DNA of 64,000 nt from Candidatus Heimdallarchaeota archaeon. Lineage in GTDB: Archaea > Asgardarchaeota > Heimdallarchaeia > JABLTI01. The stretch lies in the NCBI GenBank assembly GCA_019058275.1, contig JAHLVW010000058.1, positions 1-64,000 of the forward strand. The letters run 5' to 3'. Position 1 is the stretch's first letter. Each line of letters opens with the position of its first letter. Under the pieces are notes generated by a model, which was not told where the DNA came from, made no database searches, and was given only the letters and a program-made list of their open reading frames with translations. Below, piece after piece: positions 1 through 9,241 of the stretch. The position numbers and the translations under genes were made by a program.

Positions 1-2
1 GA

Positions 3-314
3 TTAGTCTCGTCTGAAATTCAAATAATTGGTGAATTAGATTCTATTCGTCATCACCCTTCTAATTTCTTACTTGCACCAATTGTAGGTTTACTAAATTA
101 TCCATTTGTATTAAACATAAATAAAGAAGAAGTGGAAGAAGTCATTGAGATTCCTTTAGAAGAATTCTTTACGTTAGATAATTGGGAATCTAGTGATGTG
201 GAGATAGATTCAGGAATACATACTATTTGGTTCTTTACCTACAAAAAGTGGGTTGTTTGGGGAGCAACTGCAAAAATAATTAAGCATTTCGTTTCTATGT
301 TTGAGTTAGATTAA
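3..314 (+). CDS. Nudix hydrolase, CoA pyrophosphatase (NudL-like), 5' truncated by the window
   Basis: Frame is open from base 3 (LVSSEIQIIGELDSIRHHPSNFLLAPIVG...NKEEVEEVIEIPL). The C-terminal VWGATAKI motif is typical of CoA pyrophosphatases. Confidence 0.8.
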   Translation, partial: LVSSEIQIIGELDSIRHHPSNFLLAPIVGLLNYPFVLNINKEEVEEVIEIPLEEFFTLDNWESSDVEIDSGIHTIWFFTYKKWVVWGATAKIIKHFVSMFELD

Positions 315-426
315 AAAGAATCTAATAATATTCTTGTTATACAAAATCCTTAGAAATTGTTAAAAAGAACATTGTAATCGTAAACTCTATATAATAAAGA
401 GATAGTAAAAATTTGAACTAAAAAGG

Positions 427-1281
427 ATGGATAACGATTTGAGACACAAGGGAATGAAAAAGACTGCATTCTTATTATTAATAGCAGCTGTAGTAATCAT
501 TTGGAATGTTAGCAGTTATTATTTGGTTGCTTACGAAGGTGTAAATCTATTCGCACCAATGCAAAATAGCATCCTTGTAAATGATGATCCTGCAGTAAAT
601 ATCGATCATGTAATTGATCCTCCTCTTGGAAATCAAACGATTATGCCTGGATTCACTACTTTTGTTACATTAATGGTTTTTAATTTACCAATTGAAATTA
701 CGATTGTATTTCTCGCTGAGATGATTTTTGGTTCTTTTTTGAGACAAGAACGTGAAAAAATGAACTTTCTACGATTACTATTATTGTTGGGATCTGCATT
801 GGCTTTAACAGCAGTAAATTCATTGGTTCATTATACAATGATTTGGCCAGCAATGCATGATTGGCCTATACATGCAGGACATACATACAATGTTTCAAAT
901 ATTTTGTATCCACAATATGGTGTTTTTGAAACCTTCTTTTCAATGGGTGCTGATATTATGTTGTTCTTAGCAGCAGCAATAATTGTTGTAGGTATTCATT
1001 TCCTTGCATTCAAATATATACAAAAATTAAGCTACACACATAGCATTGTTTCACTAGTAGTACCAATTGTTTATTATCCTGCTATCTGGGGTATACTGGC
1101 TAAGCAAATAACGTCATTAAATTTCTTTGAGAAAGTTGGAAATATATTCATGTTTGGTCTAATTGTATCTGGAACATTCATTTTAAGTATACTTCTGATT
1201 CTTCTATGGAACTTAACATTATTTGGTACACAACCTGAAGGTTCTAAACAAACAGCAGAAAAACCAATGAAAGAAAACTAA
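427..1281 (+). CDS. Hypothetical multi-pass membrane protein
   Basis: 284-aa ORF with about 6 hydrophobic segments; no motif recognised. Confidence 0.7.
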   Translation: MDNDLRHKGMKKTAFLLLIAAVVIIWNVSSYYLVAYEGVNLFAPMQNSILVNDDPAVNIDHVIDPPLGNQTIMPGFTTFVTLMVFNLPIEITIVFLAEMIFGSFLRQEREKMNFLRLLLLLGSALALTAVNSLVHYTMIWPAMHDWPIHAGHTYNVSNILYPQYGVFETFFSMGADIMLFLAAAIIVVGIHFLAFKYIQKLSYTHSIVSLVVPIVYYPAIWGILAKQITSLNFFEKVGNIFMFGLIVSGTFILSILLILLWNLTLFGTQPEGSKQTAEKPMKEN

Positions 1282-1422
1282 GTATTTTCTATTTTGAAAA
1301 TACTTTATTCTTTATATTTACTTTTTAGATTTTTTATGCAAATACTTGCGGGTAAATTTACTAGATTCTTTGTATAGATTTTCCAGAACGCCTTTTAATA
1401 TTGATTCAAAATATTAAACTGT

Positions 1423-1650
1423 AAATTGTTCCCTTGTAAAGGGTTAATTTATATCTGCAGTGACATTCCTTTTCGGAATGTCATTTTATAATCCTTCCAT
1501 ATCCCTCCCTCCAGTATTTAGTCCATAAATAAAATTCCCCCTAATAAAAATATGAGTGATCTGCCTGAAACAACAATCATCCTCCTTGTAAAACTTATTT
1601 TAAAAGGCACCCACTCGTTAAACGGACAGGGAATTTCTCCCTGTCCTGTT
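1423..1650. ncRNA. Candidate structured RNA, or a terminator cluster, between convergent genes
   Basis: Three stem-loops: CCCTT-GTA-AAGGG (1431-1443), TGACATTCC-TTTTC-GGAATGTCA (1461-1483) and GGACAGGGA-ATTTC-TCCCTGTCC (1624-1646), separated by C-rich spacers, in an otherwise AT-rich ~400-bp gap. Confidence 0.35.
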
Positions 1651-1677
1651 CTACTCTCACTAATGAATTTGAGCTTG

Positions 1678-2391
1678 CTAGATTTTACTATAGATTTTTG
1701 TTAGAAAATCTCGAGTGTTCTTTTGGAATACTTCTTCTGCTTCTTTTATAGTTAGTCCAGAACCAAGCAGAATTCTTTTTCCTTCATCATAGTTTAGCAT
1801 ATCACTTGGTCTATGTGTATCTGTATTTTGAATAAAATTGGCTTTAGCTTTTCTCCCTACATCTACTACATGACCATTAGTTATTGAATGTGCTTTATTG
1901 CTTGTTATTTCTAGAAAGACATCATTTTTCTTACAATTTTCTGCTACTTCCTTCGTAACAAGTCCGGGATGTGCCAAAATATCCACAAGCTTACATTTTG
2001 AAGCTATCAGATTGGTTCCTGGTTCGACTGGTTCTGAAATGGTTTCACCATGTATGACAATTACCAAAGCACCCATTTCAACTGCTTGTTCAGTAATTTC
2101 TTCAATAGCACCAACTGGGACATGCGTTAATTCAACACCATGCAAAGCAAGAAAACCCCAGTGTTTAGTTGCTAATTTACAATCTCTATCCAATTTAGGA
2201 ATAATGTCTAGATTTGAAGCGCTAACATGATCTGTGATTGCATATCCCTCATGACCTTTAACAAATGCTCTTCTTAGTTGTTCAATTGGTAGCAATACAC
2301 CATCGCTCAAAAATGAGTGTGAATGAAAATCACATCTGCCTATTCGATCTTTCGCTAATAAGTTCTCAATGGCTTTCTTATATACTTTCAT
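1678..2391 (-). CDS. PHP-domain protein (archaeal histidinol-phosphatase-like family)
   Basis: DFHSHSFLSDG, AITDH, GVELTHVP, ILAHPG and NTDTH metal-binding motifs. Confidence 0.88.
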   Translation of the reverse strand: MKVYKKAIENLLAKDRIGRCDFHSHSFLSDGVLLPIEQLRRAFVKGHEGYAITDHVSASNLDIIPKLDRDCKLATKHWGFLALHGVELTHVPVGAIEEITEQAVEMGALVIVIHGETISEPVEPGTNLIASKCKLVDILAHPGLVTKEVAENCKKNDVFLEITSNKAHSITNGHVVDVGRKAKANFIQNTDTHRPSDMLNYDEGKRILLGSGLTIKEAEEVFQKNTRDFLTKIYSKI

Positions 2392-2422
2392 ACATTCTAT
2401 AGTGAAACTACAAATTTAAATT

Positions 2423-3439
2423 TTAACCAGGCTGATAATCAGGAATATCCTTAGCTCTCCAACAAGCAACTTGGTGATTCTCTTCATATTCCTCTAAATT
2501 CGGAGCTTCAACTTTACATTTATCAATTGCATAAGTACATCTTGGATGAAATCTACAACCACTTGGATAATTTCTAGGATCAGGAATTTCGCCAGGAATT
2601 GGTTTTAGTTTACCTCGTATTGCCATGCTTGGCGTTGCATAAAATAGTCCTTGAGTGAAAGGATGTCTTGGGGAATAGAACATTGTTTCTACATCACCAT
2701 ACTCGATGATCTTACCTGCATAAAGAATAGCTATATGATCTGATAATTCAGCTAACACACCTAAATTGTGTGCAATGATCATCATAGTTAATCGATGTTT
2801 CTCCTTCATTATTCGCAATAAATCTAAAATTTGTCTTGCGATTGTTGCATCAAGGTTTGAAACTGGCTCATCTGCGATTAACAAAGAAGGATTATTTATT
2901 AGAGCAGTAGCAATTTTCACTCTTTGACTTTCACCACCACTCATTTGATGTGCATATTTATCTGAAGTTCTCAATGGTTCCGGAATTGCTACAGTACCAA
3001 GCTGACTGATAACAAGCATTTTTATTTCTTGCCTATCTGGTTCAATTTCAGCATGTTCCCGATAAGGTTGACTTGTAGTATATGTCATATCTCTTAAAGG
3101 GTCAAATCCACCAGAAATACTTTGTAAAACAAGTGCTAGATCTTTTCCTCTTATAGTATCCAAGATTTCATTTGGAAGTGTGAGTATATTTTTACCTTTG
3201 AATAGAATCTCACCATCAATGATTTTTCCCGGTCGTTCTATTAATTTGAAAATGGATTTAGCTAAGATAGATTTTCCAGCACCTGATGGTCCTAAAATAC
3301 CTAAAGTTTCACCTCGATGAATCTTGAGATTAACACCATCTAGTACTTTCCAAACTACATTATCATGTTCATAAAAATATGTCTTAAGATTCTTTACTTC
3401 TAATATAACTTCTTTTTCTTTCTCTTCGAAAGGAGACAT
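2423..3439 (-). CDS. oppD: Oligopeptide/dipeptide ABC transporter ATP-binding protein (OppD/DppD family)
   Basis: Walker A GPSGAGKS, signature MSGGE, Walker B LIADEP, and the C-terminal HP.T...GCRFHPRC...C...VACW oligo_HPY extension. Confidence 0.9.
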   Translation of the reverse strand: MSPFEEKEKEVILEVKNLKTYFYEHDNVVWKVLDGVNLKIHRGETLGILGPSGAGKSILAKSIFKLIERPGKIIDGEILFKGKNILTLPNEILDTIRGKDLALVLQSISGGFDPLRDMTYTTSQPYREHAEIEPDRQEIKMLVISQLGTVAIPEPLRTSDKYAHQMSGGESQRVKIATALINNPSLLIADEPVSNLDATIARQILDLLRIMKEKHRLTMMIIAHNLGVLAELSDHIAILYAGKIIEYGDVETMFYSPRHPFTQGLFYATPSMAIRGKLKPIPGEIPDPRNYPSGCRFHPRCTYAIDKCKVEAPNLEEYEENHQVACWRAKDIPDYQPG

Positions 3440-3471
3440 ATTAATTCATCTCTTATCAAATAATTTGAAGG

Positions 3472-4260
3472 TTACAACCAATTCTCTTTTGTCCAAGGTT
3501 CATTTAGAAATATCCATTGTTCTGGATTTTCAATAAATGATAGGTAGAATGGTTTATCAACAATTTTTGATGGAAACTTCTCTTTTACAATTACTTTGTC
3601 TTTACAAGTAGGGTTTCTTATCCAAACTTCTTTATGGTGATAAAGGTAGACTGCTCCTTTTTGTTTCTTAATAGGTTCATAAATGGAACTAAACTCAGAA
3701 CTTACCAAATTATTCATGATAAGTGGAGTTTCTTTTGATGGATTAATCGTTACATGACCATAACCAGGTGGGATTAAAATCTGATCTCCTGCTTTTGCAC
3801 TTATGATTAATACTTCATAAGGATCAAGTGTTTTGTTTTTTCTCTTCTTCTTTTGCTCTTTTTTCTCTTTTTGTAATAAGTAGAGTCCCTTACCAAACAT
3901 TACTTCATAAACCTCAGGAAAACTGAATCCTTCCTTTGCTTCAGGATGGAAGTGACCAGTGGTTTTAATATATTCTGCTCCTAGAAAATTTGGAGGGATA
4001 ATAGTAATGTCAAACCTAACTCCGTGTTTTTGAAATATTGGTTTATCTTCATCTCTAGTCAAATCACGATACATATAATACAAGTCAAAATTTTCTTGTT
4101 GTGAGTTTAACCAATTTTTATCGTAAATAACATCTTTCATATCAAATAATTTTCGAGTTGAAAAAACAAGTTCAATATCTCCGGCTTTAACAATTTTACT
4201 AGTTTCTTTGTCAACCTCTAATTCAAAAGGTACAAATTTGGAAAGATCAATTATTACCAT
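3472..4260 (-). CDS. pgiA: Cupin-type (archaeal) glucose-6-phosphate isomerase
   Basis: LYYMYRD, RFDITIIPP, EYIKTTGHFH, PEVYEV and IPPGYGHVTIN cupin-PGI motifs. Confidence 0.85.
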   Translation of the reverse strand: MVIIDLSKFVPFELEVDKETSKIVKAGDIELVFSTRKLFDMKDVIYDKNWLNSQQENFDLYYMYRDLTRDEDKPIFQKHGVRFDITIIPPNFLGAEYIKTTGHFHPEAKEGFSFPEVYEVMFGKGLYLLQKEKKEQKKKRKNKTLDPYEVLIISAKAGDQILIPPGYGHVTINPSKETPLIMNNLVSSEFSSIYEPIKKQKGAVYLYHHKEVWIRNPTCKDKVIVKEKFPSKIVDKPFYLSFIENPEQWIFLNEPWTKENWL

Positions 4261-4404
4261 TTCTATCAGCTTTTAGTTGATGTTTCAACATATCAGTTTT
4301 TTGTTTAAAAATACAAATTTATAGTAATTAATAAATTAGCATGTTTAAAACTAAATAATTAAAAGAAAATGTTTATCTAATAGATTCATAATAAGCTATT
4401 TAGT

Positions 4405-4418
4405 ATAACATATGTTAT
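4405..4418. promoter_or_regulatory. Perfect 14-bp palindrome, candidate transcription-factor operator
   Basis: ATAACATATGTTAT lies in the divergent pgi/antiporter intergenic region, about 20 bp before the 4439 start. Confidence 0.3.
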
Positions 4419-4438
4419 CTATGAGGAATTTCTAAAAG

Positions 4439-5890
4439 TTGGTAGACAACAATACTGATGAATCATTAAAATTGGAAAAGGATAATGAGATCCGTTCTTT
4501 TGAAGATGAACTATTCAAAAATATAGAATTGGATGAAGAAGCAGATTCCCATGAAGTAGATCTGGATCTTTTGGAACCAATTGAATCTATTGGTGAGTTA
4601 TTCGAGAAAATAAACCCTTTAACAATACCTTCTATAATTCTTGGTGTGATTATCTTAATTATTACATTTACTAATGTACTTGAAAATCATCCTGTTTGGA
4701 ATATAATCCTAGGATTTATAGGTGGGTTGTCTTTTGTTTTTGGTTGTTCTGAGCTGATTATTTTTGGTGTAAAAGGCATCGGAAAGAAATTGGGTTGGTC
4801 TCAATATTTCATGGGTATTATGGCTGCAATAGGCGCTGATTCCAGCGATATTATCGTAGTTTCTATCCTTTTGACTCGAGCAAAAACCCTAAGTGCAACT
4901 GGTATAACAGAGAATATTGAATTAGCTAATAATCTAACAGTTACGAGCATTACATTAGTTCTAACTACTGTATTGATTAATATGTTAATACTTGGTATAA
5001 CAATCCTAGTAGTTGCTAGAAAGAAACCTTTCAAACTTCCTAAACAATTATCGCAAAATGAATCAAATCTTGTTCTTGCAATGACAATATTTTCATTTAT
5101 TCTAATTGCATTTGGATTTACTCATAATGCTATAGGAATAGAGCAATTTGATAGAGTATTTCAGGGGGCAATTGGTGTTTCACTATTACTATTCTACATT
5201 TTGTTTATTGGTTTTTTAATAGGAGATGCAAGAGAGAAACTAGCAGAAAGAATAGGTCCACAAACTCTAATTACAGAATATTTTCCTGAAGAGGATGACA
5301 CACAAGAAGAAGGTGAAGAGAAAAAGCATCCAATTAAAGATAAAATAAAAGAAATGTTCTCAAATGGAAATGATGATGAGACAGAGCAATTTATATCACT
5401 AAGACGATTTCCATGGTTTGTACTTGTTATTGTCTTTGTTGTTGGCATTTCAGGAATTATTTTTGGTGGTACACTGATCTCAGAATCAATAGAAACTGGT
5501 TTAGAGATATACAATCTGCCCATTCTAGTTTATTGTGTAGTAATTGGATTTATTTCATCAGCACCAGAGATGACGATAACATTCAGAGCCATTTTAAACC
5601 CAGAAGAAGAAGATACTGAAATAGGTATGATTCATCAAATATCATCAGTAAATCAAACATTCTTTTTATTATTTGGTTTACCTTTCCTCTTTGCTTCGAT
5701 AATAAATGTAAATATCCCAGTAGCACTGGATACAACACTAGTATTGACAGGTATATTTGCCATATCTTTGGCATTGCATCTGACTATTATTGATGATAAC
5801 CACTTTGATCGTGTTGAAGGAGCTTTAATACTGGTAGCGTCTATAGCAAGTCTTCTGACCTTAGCAATTGTTGGTGGATTAATAAGTTAG
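4439..5890 (+). CDS. Cation/Ca2+ antiporter (CaCA superfamily), paralog 1
   Basis: Two inverted 5-TM halves, alpha-2 motif ISSAPE, divergent alpha-1 IGADSSD, C-terminal FDRVEGALIL, acidic N-tail and central loop. Confidence 0.8.
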   Translation: MVDNNTDESLKLEKDNEIRSFEDELFKNIELDEEADSHEVDLDLLEPIESIGELFEKINPLTIPSIILGVIILIITFTNVLENHPVWNIILGFIGGLSFVFGCSELIIFGVKGIGKKLGWSQYFMGIMAAIGADSSDIIVVSILLTRAKTLSATGITENIELANNLTVTSITLVLTTVLINMLILGITILVVARKKPFKLPKQLSQNESNLVLAMTIFSFILIAFGFTHNAIGIEQFDRVFQGAIGVSLLLFYILFIGFLIGDAREKLAERIGPQTLITEYFPEEDDTQEEGEEKKHPIKDKIKEMFSNGNDDETEQFISLRRFPWFVLVIVFVVGISGIIFGGTLISESIETGLEIYNLPILVYCVVIGFISSAPEMTITFRAILNPEEEDTEIGMIHQISSVNQTFFLLFGLPFLFASIINVNIPVALDTTLVLTGIFAISLALHLTIIDDNHFDRVEGALILVASIASLLTLAIVGGLIS

Positions 5891-6085
5891 ATATCGAGAG
5901 ACGAAATAATGTATTTCTAGATGATGGATAAAAGCTATTTGGTATTTGAATATCTATTATTATCAACAATCTTTTGACAAAAAGGTAAGCAACAGCAAAT
6001 TATTTAAAAGGGAACAAAAAAACATAACTTAAGTATATTTGGTCTTGAACATTTTTATGTTCCCTAAAGAGGTAAATCGAATCAA

Positions 6086-7714
6086 ATGACTGAAAACGAC
6101 GAGGGCAGCGAACCCCCGCCTAAAGATTCAATGGAATTAGAGGATTATTCTGAACCAGAAGATTGGGATCTTCCAACTGTTATTACTGAAGATGACGAAT
6201 ATCCTGATATATTTGATAATATTGAACCCGAAGAAGCTCTTGAAACTATTATTGGCAATATATCTTTATTGACTATAATTTCTCTCTTATTGGGAATAGG
6301 TATAGCGATAGCAAATTATATACTATATCGTTATTTACCTCATAATACAAGGAATTCCATTATATTAATGGTAATTGGTTTTGTAGCTGGTCTTCTTATA
6401 GTATTTGGAGCAGCTGAAATAATTATTTTAGGAGTAAAAGGCATTCAAGATAAACTAAACTTGTCACCATACTTGAGTGGTATTCTGCAAGCCATAGGTG
6501 CAGCACTTGCAGAATTAGTAGTTATTACTTTTCTACTTGTACGTGCAAAACAAATTGAAGCATCTGACATTGCTCATGCGAATAGTTTAGCAATTACTGC
6601 TATAACTTTGATATTAACAACAGTAATTATTAATATCTTCTTCCTTGGTATAGGAATAATCTTTGTCTCAAAAGATGAACCATTTGATTTACCTAAGGAA
6701 TTAATATTCTTCGAAGCAAATCTAATCTTAGGAATGATGGTATTTTCATTTGTAATGATGATTTATGGTTTCTATTTCCAACTTACTAATCCACAAACGG
6801 TTGTAGAAGGTTTAACAACATTTGATCGGGGATTTACGATTATAATCGGTTTAGCGTTAATTCTAGTATATTTCATATTTTTGTTCCTGCTTATTCAACG
6901 TTGGGGGAAGAGAACTTCAACACCACAAACATTGATATCAGAATTCTTTCCAGATGAGGACCAAGTAGTTGTTGAAGAACCAAGTAGCACGAAACTCATT
7001 CAATCACGATTGATCATGGAATCAAAAAGTAAAAGCAAGCAAAAACCACCGGAGCAAATTGAACTAGATAGTGAACCTAGTGAAGATAAACCTCTTAGGA
7101 AAGGAAGAAAGAGAAACAATAATGATAATAAATCAAATCATGAAAGAGAAACCGCTTTAGCAACTTTACGGCGATTTCCATGGTATATAATTATCATTTT
7201 GTTCATTATAGGTGCAGGTGGAATTGTGTGGGGAGGTCAAATACTTTCAAGATCTATTGAAGATGGTATTAAGATTTTTAGAACAGTACCAATTCTAGTA
7301 TATTCTGTAGTAGTTGGATTAATTTCTTCTTCTCCGGAATTAGTAGTAACTTTGAGAGGAATATTCAGCCGAAACCAAGAAGCAAGAGAAGTGGGACTAG
7401 TTCATCAAGTTTCAGCAATAAATCAAACTTTCTTTATTCTATTTGGCATTCCATTTGTCCTTAGTGGAATACTAAACATTGGTATTCCTATTGCTCTTGA
7501 GATCACAGTTGTGATGGGTGGAATCTTCATCATGTCAGCAGCAGCGATACTAATGATTATGGATGATAACAAATTCGACCTTCTCGAAGGTGTAGTTATA
7601 ACAATACTAGCTGTGGTAAGTTTACTAGCACTAATGCTTATAGGCGGTATACCGACAGAAGCTGAAACCGCAAGTACAGCTCTTCAGCTAGTTAATTTCG
7701 CAAAAGTGTTATAA
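6086..7714 (+). CDS. Cation/Ca2+ antiporter (CaCA superfamily), paralog 2
   Basis: Alpha-2 ISSSPE, alpha-1 IGAALAE, FDLLEGVV. Shares PQTLI.E.FP and LRRFPW with 4439..5890. Confidence 0.8.
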   Translation: MTENDEGSEPPPKDSMELEDYSEPEDWDLPTVITEDDEYPDIFDNIEPEEALETIIGNISLLTIISLLLGIGIAIANYILYRYLPHNTRNSIILMVIGFVAGLLIVFGAAEIIILGVKGIQDKLNLSPYLSGILQAIGAALAELVVITFLLVRAKQIEASDIAHANSLAITAITLILTTVIINIFFLGIGIIFVSKDEPFDLPKELIFFEANLILGMMVFSFVMMIYGFYFQLTNPQTVVEGLTTFDRGFTIIIGLALILVYFIFLFLLIQRWGKRTSTPQTLISEFFPDEDQVVVEEPSSTKLIQSRLIMESKSKSKQKPPEQIELDSEPSEDKPLRKGRKRNNNDNKSNHERETALATLRRFPWYIIIILFIIGAGGIVWGGQILSRSIEDGIKIFRTVPILVYSVVVGLISSSPELVVTLRGIFSRNQEAREVGLVHQVSAINQTFFILFGIPFVLSGILNIGIPIALEITVVMGGIFIMSAAAILMIMDDNKFDLLEGVVITILAVVSLLALMLIGGIPTEAETASTALQLVNFAKVL

Positions 7715-7728
7715 AAAATAAGAGGAAA

Positions 7729-7746
7729 ACCACGAATAATCGTGGT
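7729..7746. terminator. Hairpin between convergent genes, candidate bidirectional terminator
   Basis: ACCACGA-ATAA-TCGTGGT flanked by A- and T-rich tracts in the 40-bp gap between the stops at 7714 and 7755. Confidence 0.5.
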
Positions 7747-7754
7747 AATTTTTC

Positions 7755-9032
7755 TTAAAACAATTCTTCAGTTTCTGTTTCAATATCGTATACGAGTTCA
7801 CCATCTATGAAAACTTTTTGAGCTTTTGATTGAATGTCTAATGGATTACCACTCCATAGAACAATATCAGCATCTTTTCCTTCTTCAATGGAACCAACTC
7901 TATCATCAATACCAAGGATTTTAGCGCTGTTAAGGGTGATTACTTCATAAGCACCTTGTAAAGGCAATCCTTCGCGATGAGCAATAGCTGCATAAAGAGT
8001 TTGGAATTGTAAAGGAACTACCGGATGATCAGCAGTCATTGAGACCAAAACGCCTGCTTTATAGAGTATACCAATTGTTTTCCAAGTCATTTCTCGTAAT
8101 TCGATTTTAGTTCTAAAACCAAAAGTAGGACCAACAACAGCAGGGATTTTATTTTCTGCTAAGAAATCAACCACTTTGTGACCGTAAGTACAATGCTCTA
8201 TGATAACATCCACATCAAATTCTTTTGCTAATCGTACTGCAGTAACAATATCATTAGCTTGGTGAGCATGAGCTCGTAAAGGTAGTTCTTTCTTTAGGAT
8301 TGGAACCATCGCTTCATACTTAATATCCTTATCAGGTTTGGTAGGTTCAGTTGGTTTTTTAGTGTCTTTATCTTTACCTCCCTTAACTTTCTTGTTATAG
8401 TCTTTCAAGTCTTCTTTGTATTGCTTAAGCTTCTTCTCATATTCTTCTGCTTTATTCATGTAATTCTGAGTTTCAAACATCAATTGCCTAAAGAGACCAA
8501 GACTGCCCATTCTAGTACCTGGCATACGCTTTAGAGCATCACCATAACATCTCTTTGGGTTTTCACCAAAAGCACATTTCATACCAGCAGTTTCTTGAAC
8601 GACCATTTTATCAACAATCGTACCATGCATTTTAATGGTGGTCATTTGACCTCCGACAACATTAGCACTGCCTGGTGAAATGCAAATACAAGTAACACCG
8701 CCACTAATTGCTCTTCTCATACCCTTCTCAACAGGATTGATAGCATCAAGAACTCTAATCTGTGGGGTGATCGGATCAGTCATTTCATTGCCATCTTGTA
8801 AGGTAAGACCGATTTCTTCTTCCCAAACAGCAGCGTGACAATGGGCATCAATGATTCCTGGAAAAGCTACTAAGTCTTTTGCATCAATGATTTCAGCATC
8901 TTTTGGTACATCGAACCCCTTACCAACTTTTTTGATTTTCCCTTTATCGTCAATCAAAATATGACCGTTATCAAACTCTTCTTTACCAACAGGTATTATC
9001 TTTCCACATAAAATTGCTTTCATGGAAGTCAC
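7755..9032 (-). CDS. Metal-dependent amidohydrolase (imidazolonepropionase-like family)
   Basis: PGIIDAHCH, MKCAFGENPK, RAHAHQANDI, IEHC, TADHPV and GSIEEGKDADIVLW motifs. Confidence 0.9.
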   Translation of the reverse strand: MTSMKAILCGKIIPVGKEEFDNGHILIDDKGKIKKVGKGFDVPKDAEIIDAKDLVAFPGIIDAHCHAAVWEEEIGLTLQDGNEMTDPITPQIRVLDAINPVEKGMRRAISGGVTCICISPGSANVVGGQMTTIKMHGTIVDKMVVQETAGMKCAFGENPKRCYGDALKRMPGTRMGSLGLFRQLMFETQNYMNKAEEYEKKLKQYKEDLKDYNKKVKGGKDKDTKKPTEPTKPDKDIKYEAMVPILKKELPLRAHAHQANDIVTAVRLAKEFDVDVIIEHCTYGHKVVDFLAENKIPAVVGPTFGFRTKIELREMTWKTIGILYKAGVLVSMTADHPVVPLQFQTLYAAIAHREGLPLQGAYEVITLNSAKILGIDDRVGSIEEGKDADIVLWSGNPLDIQSKAQKVFIDGELVYDIETETEELF

Positions 9033-9241
9033 ATCTTCATTGTGATGTTTCAGAAATAATTAAACGTTTTGTAGAGTTTTAATATAATTACTAATGTTAT
9101 CTTTGTTAGCATTTCTGAAAGACTTTAAAATCAATTTTAATTAATCCTAACTAATTACTACAATCTATTATGATTTATTACTTTCAATTAAAAGATTGAT
9201 GTCTATTAATTGAAATATTTAGAACAATTACACACCATACT

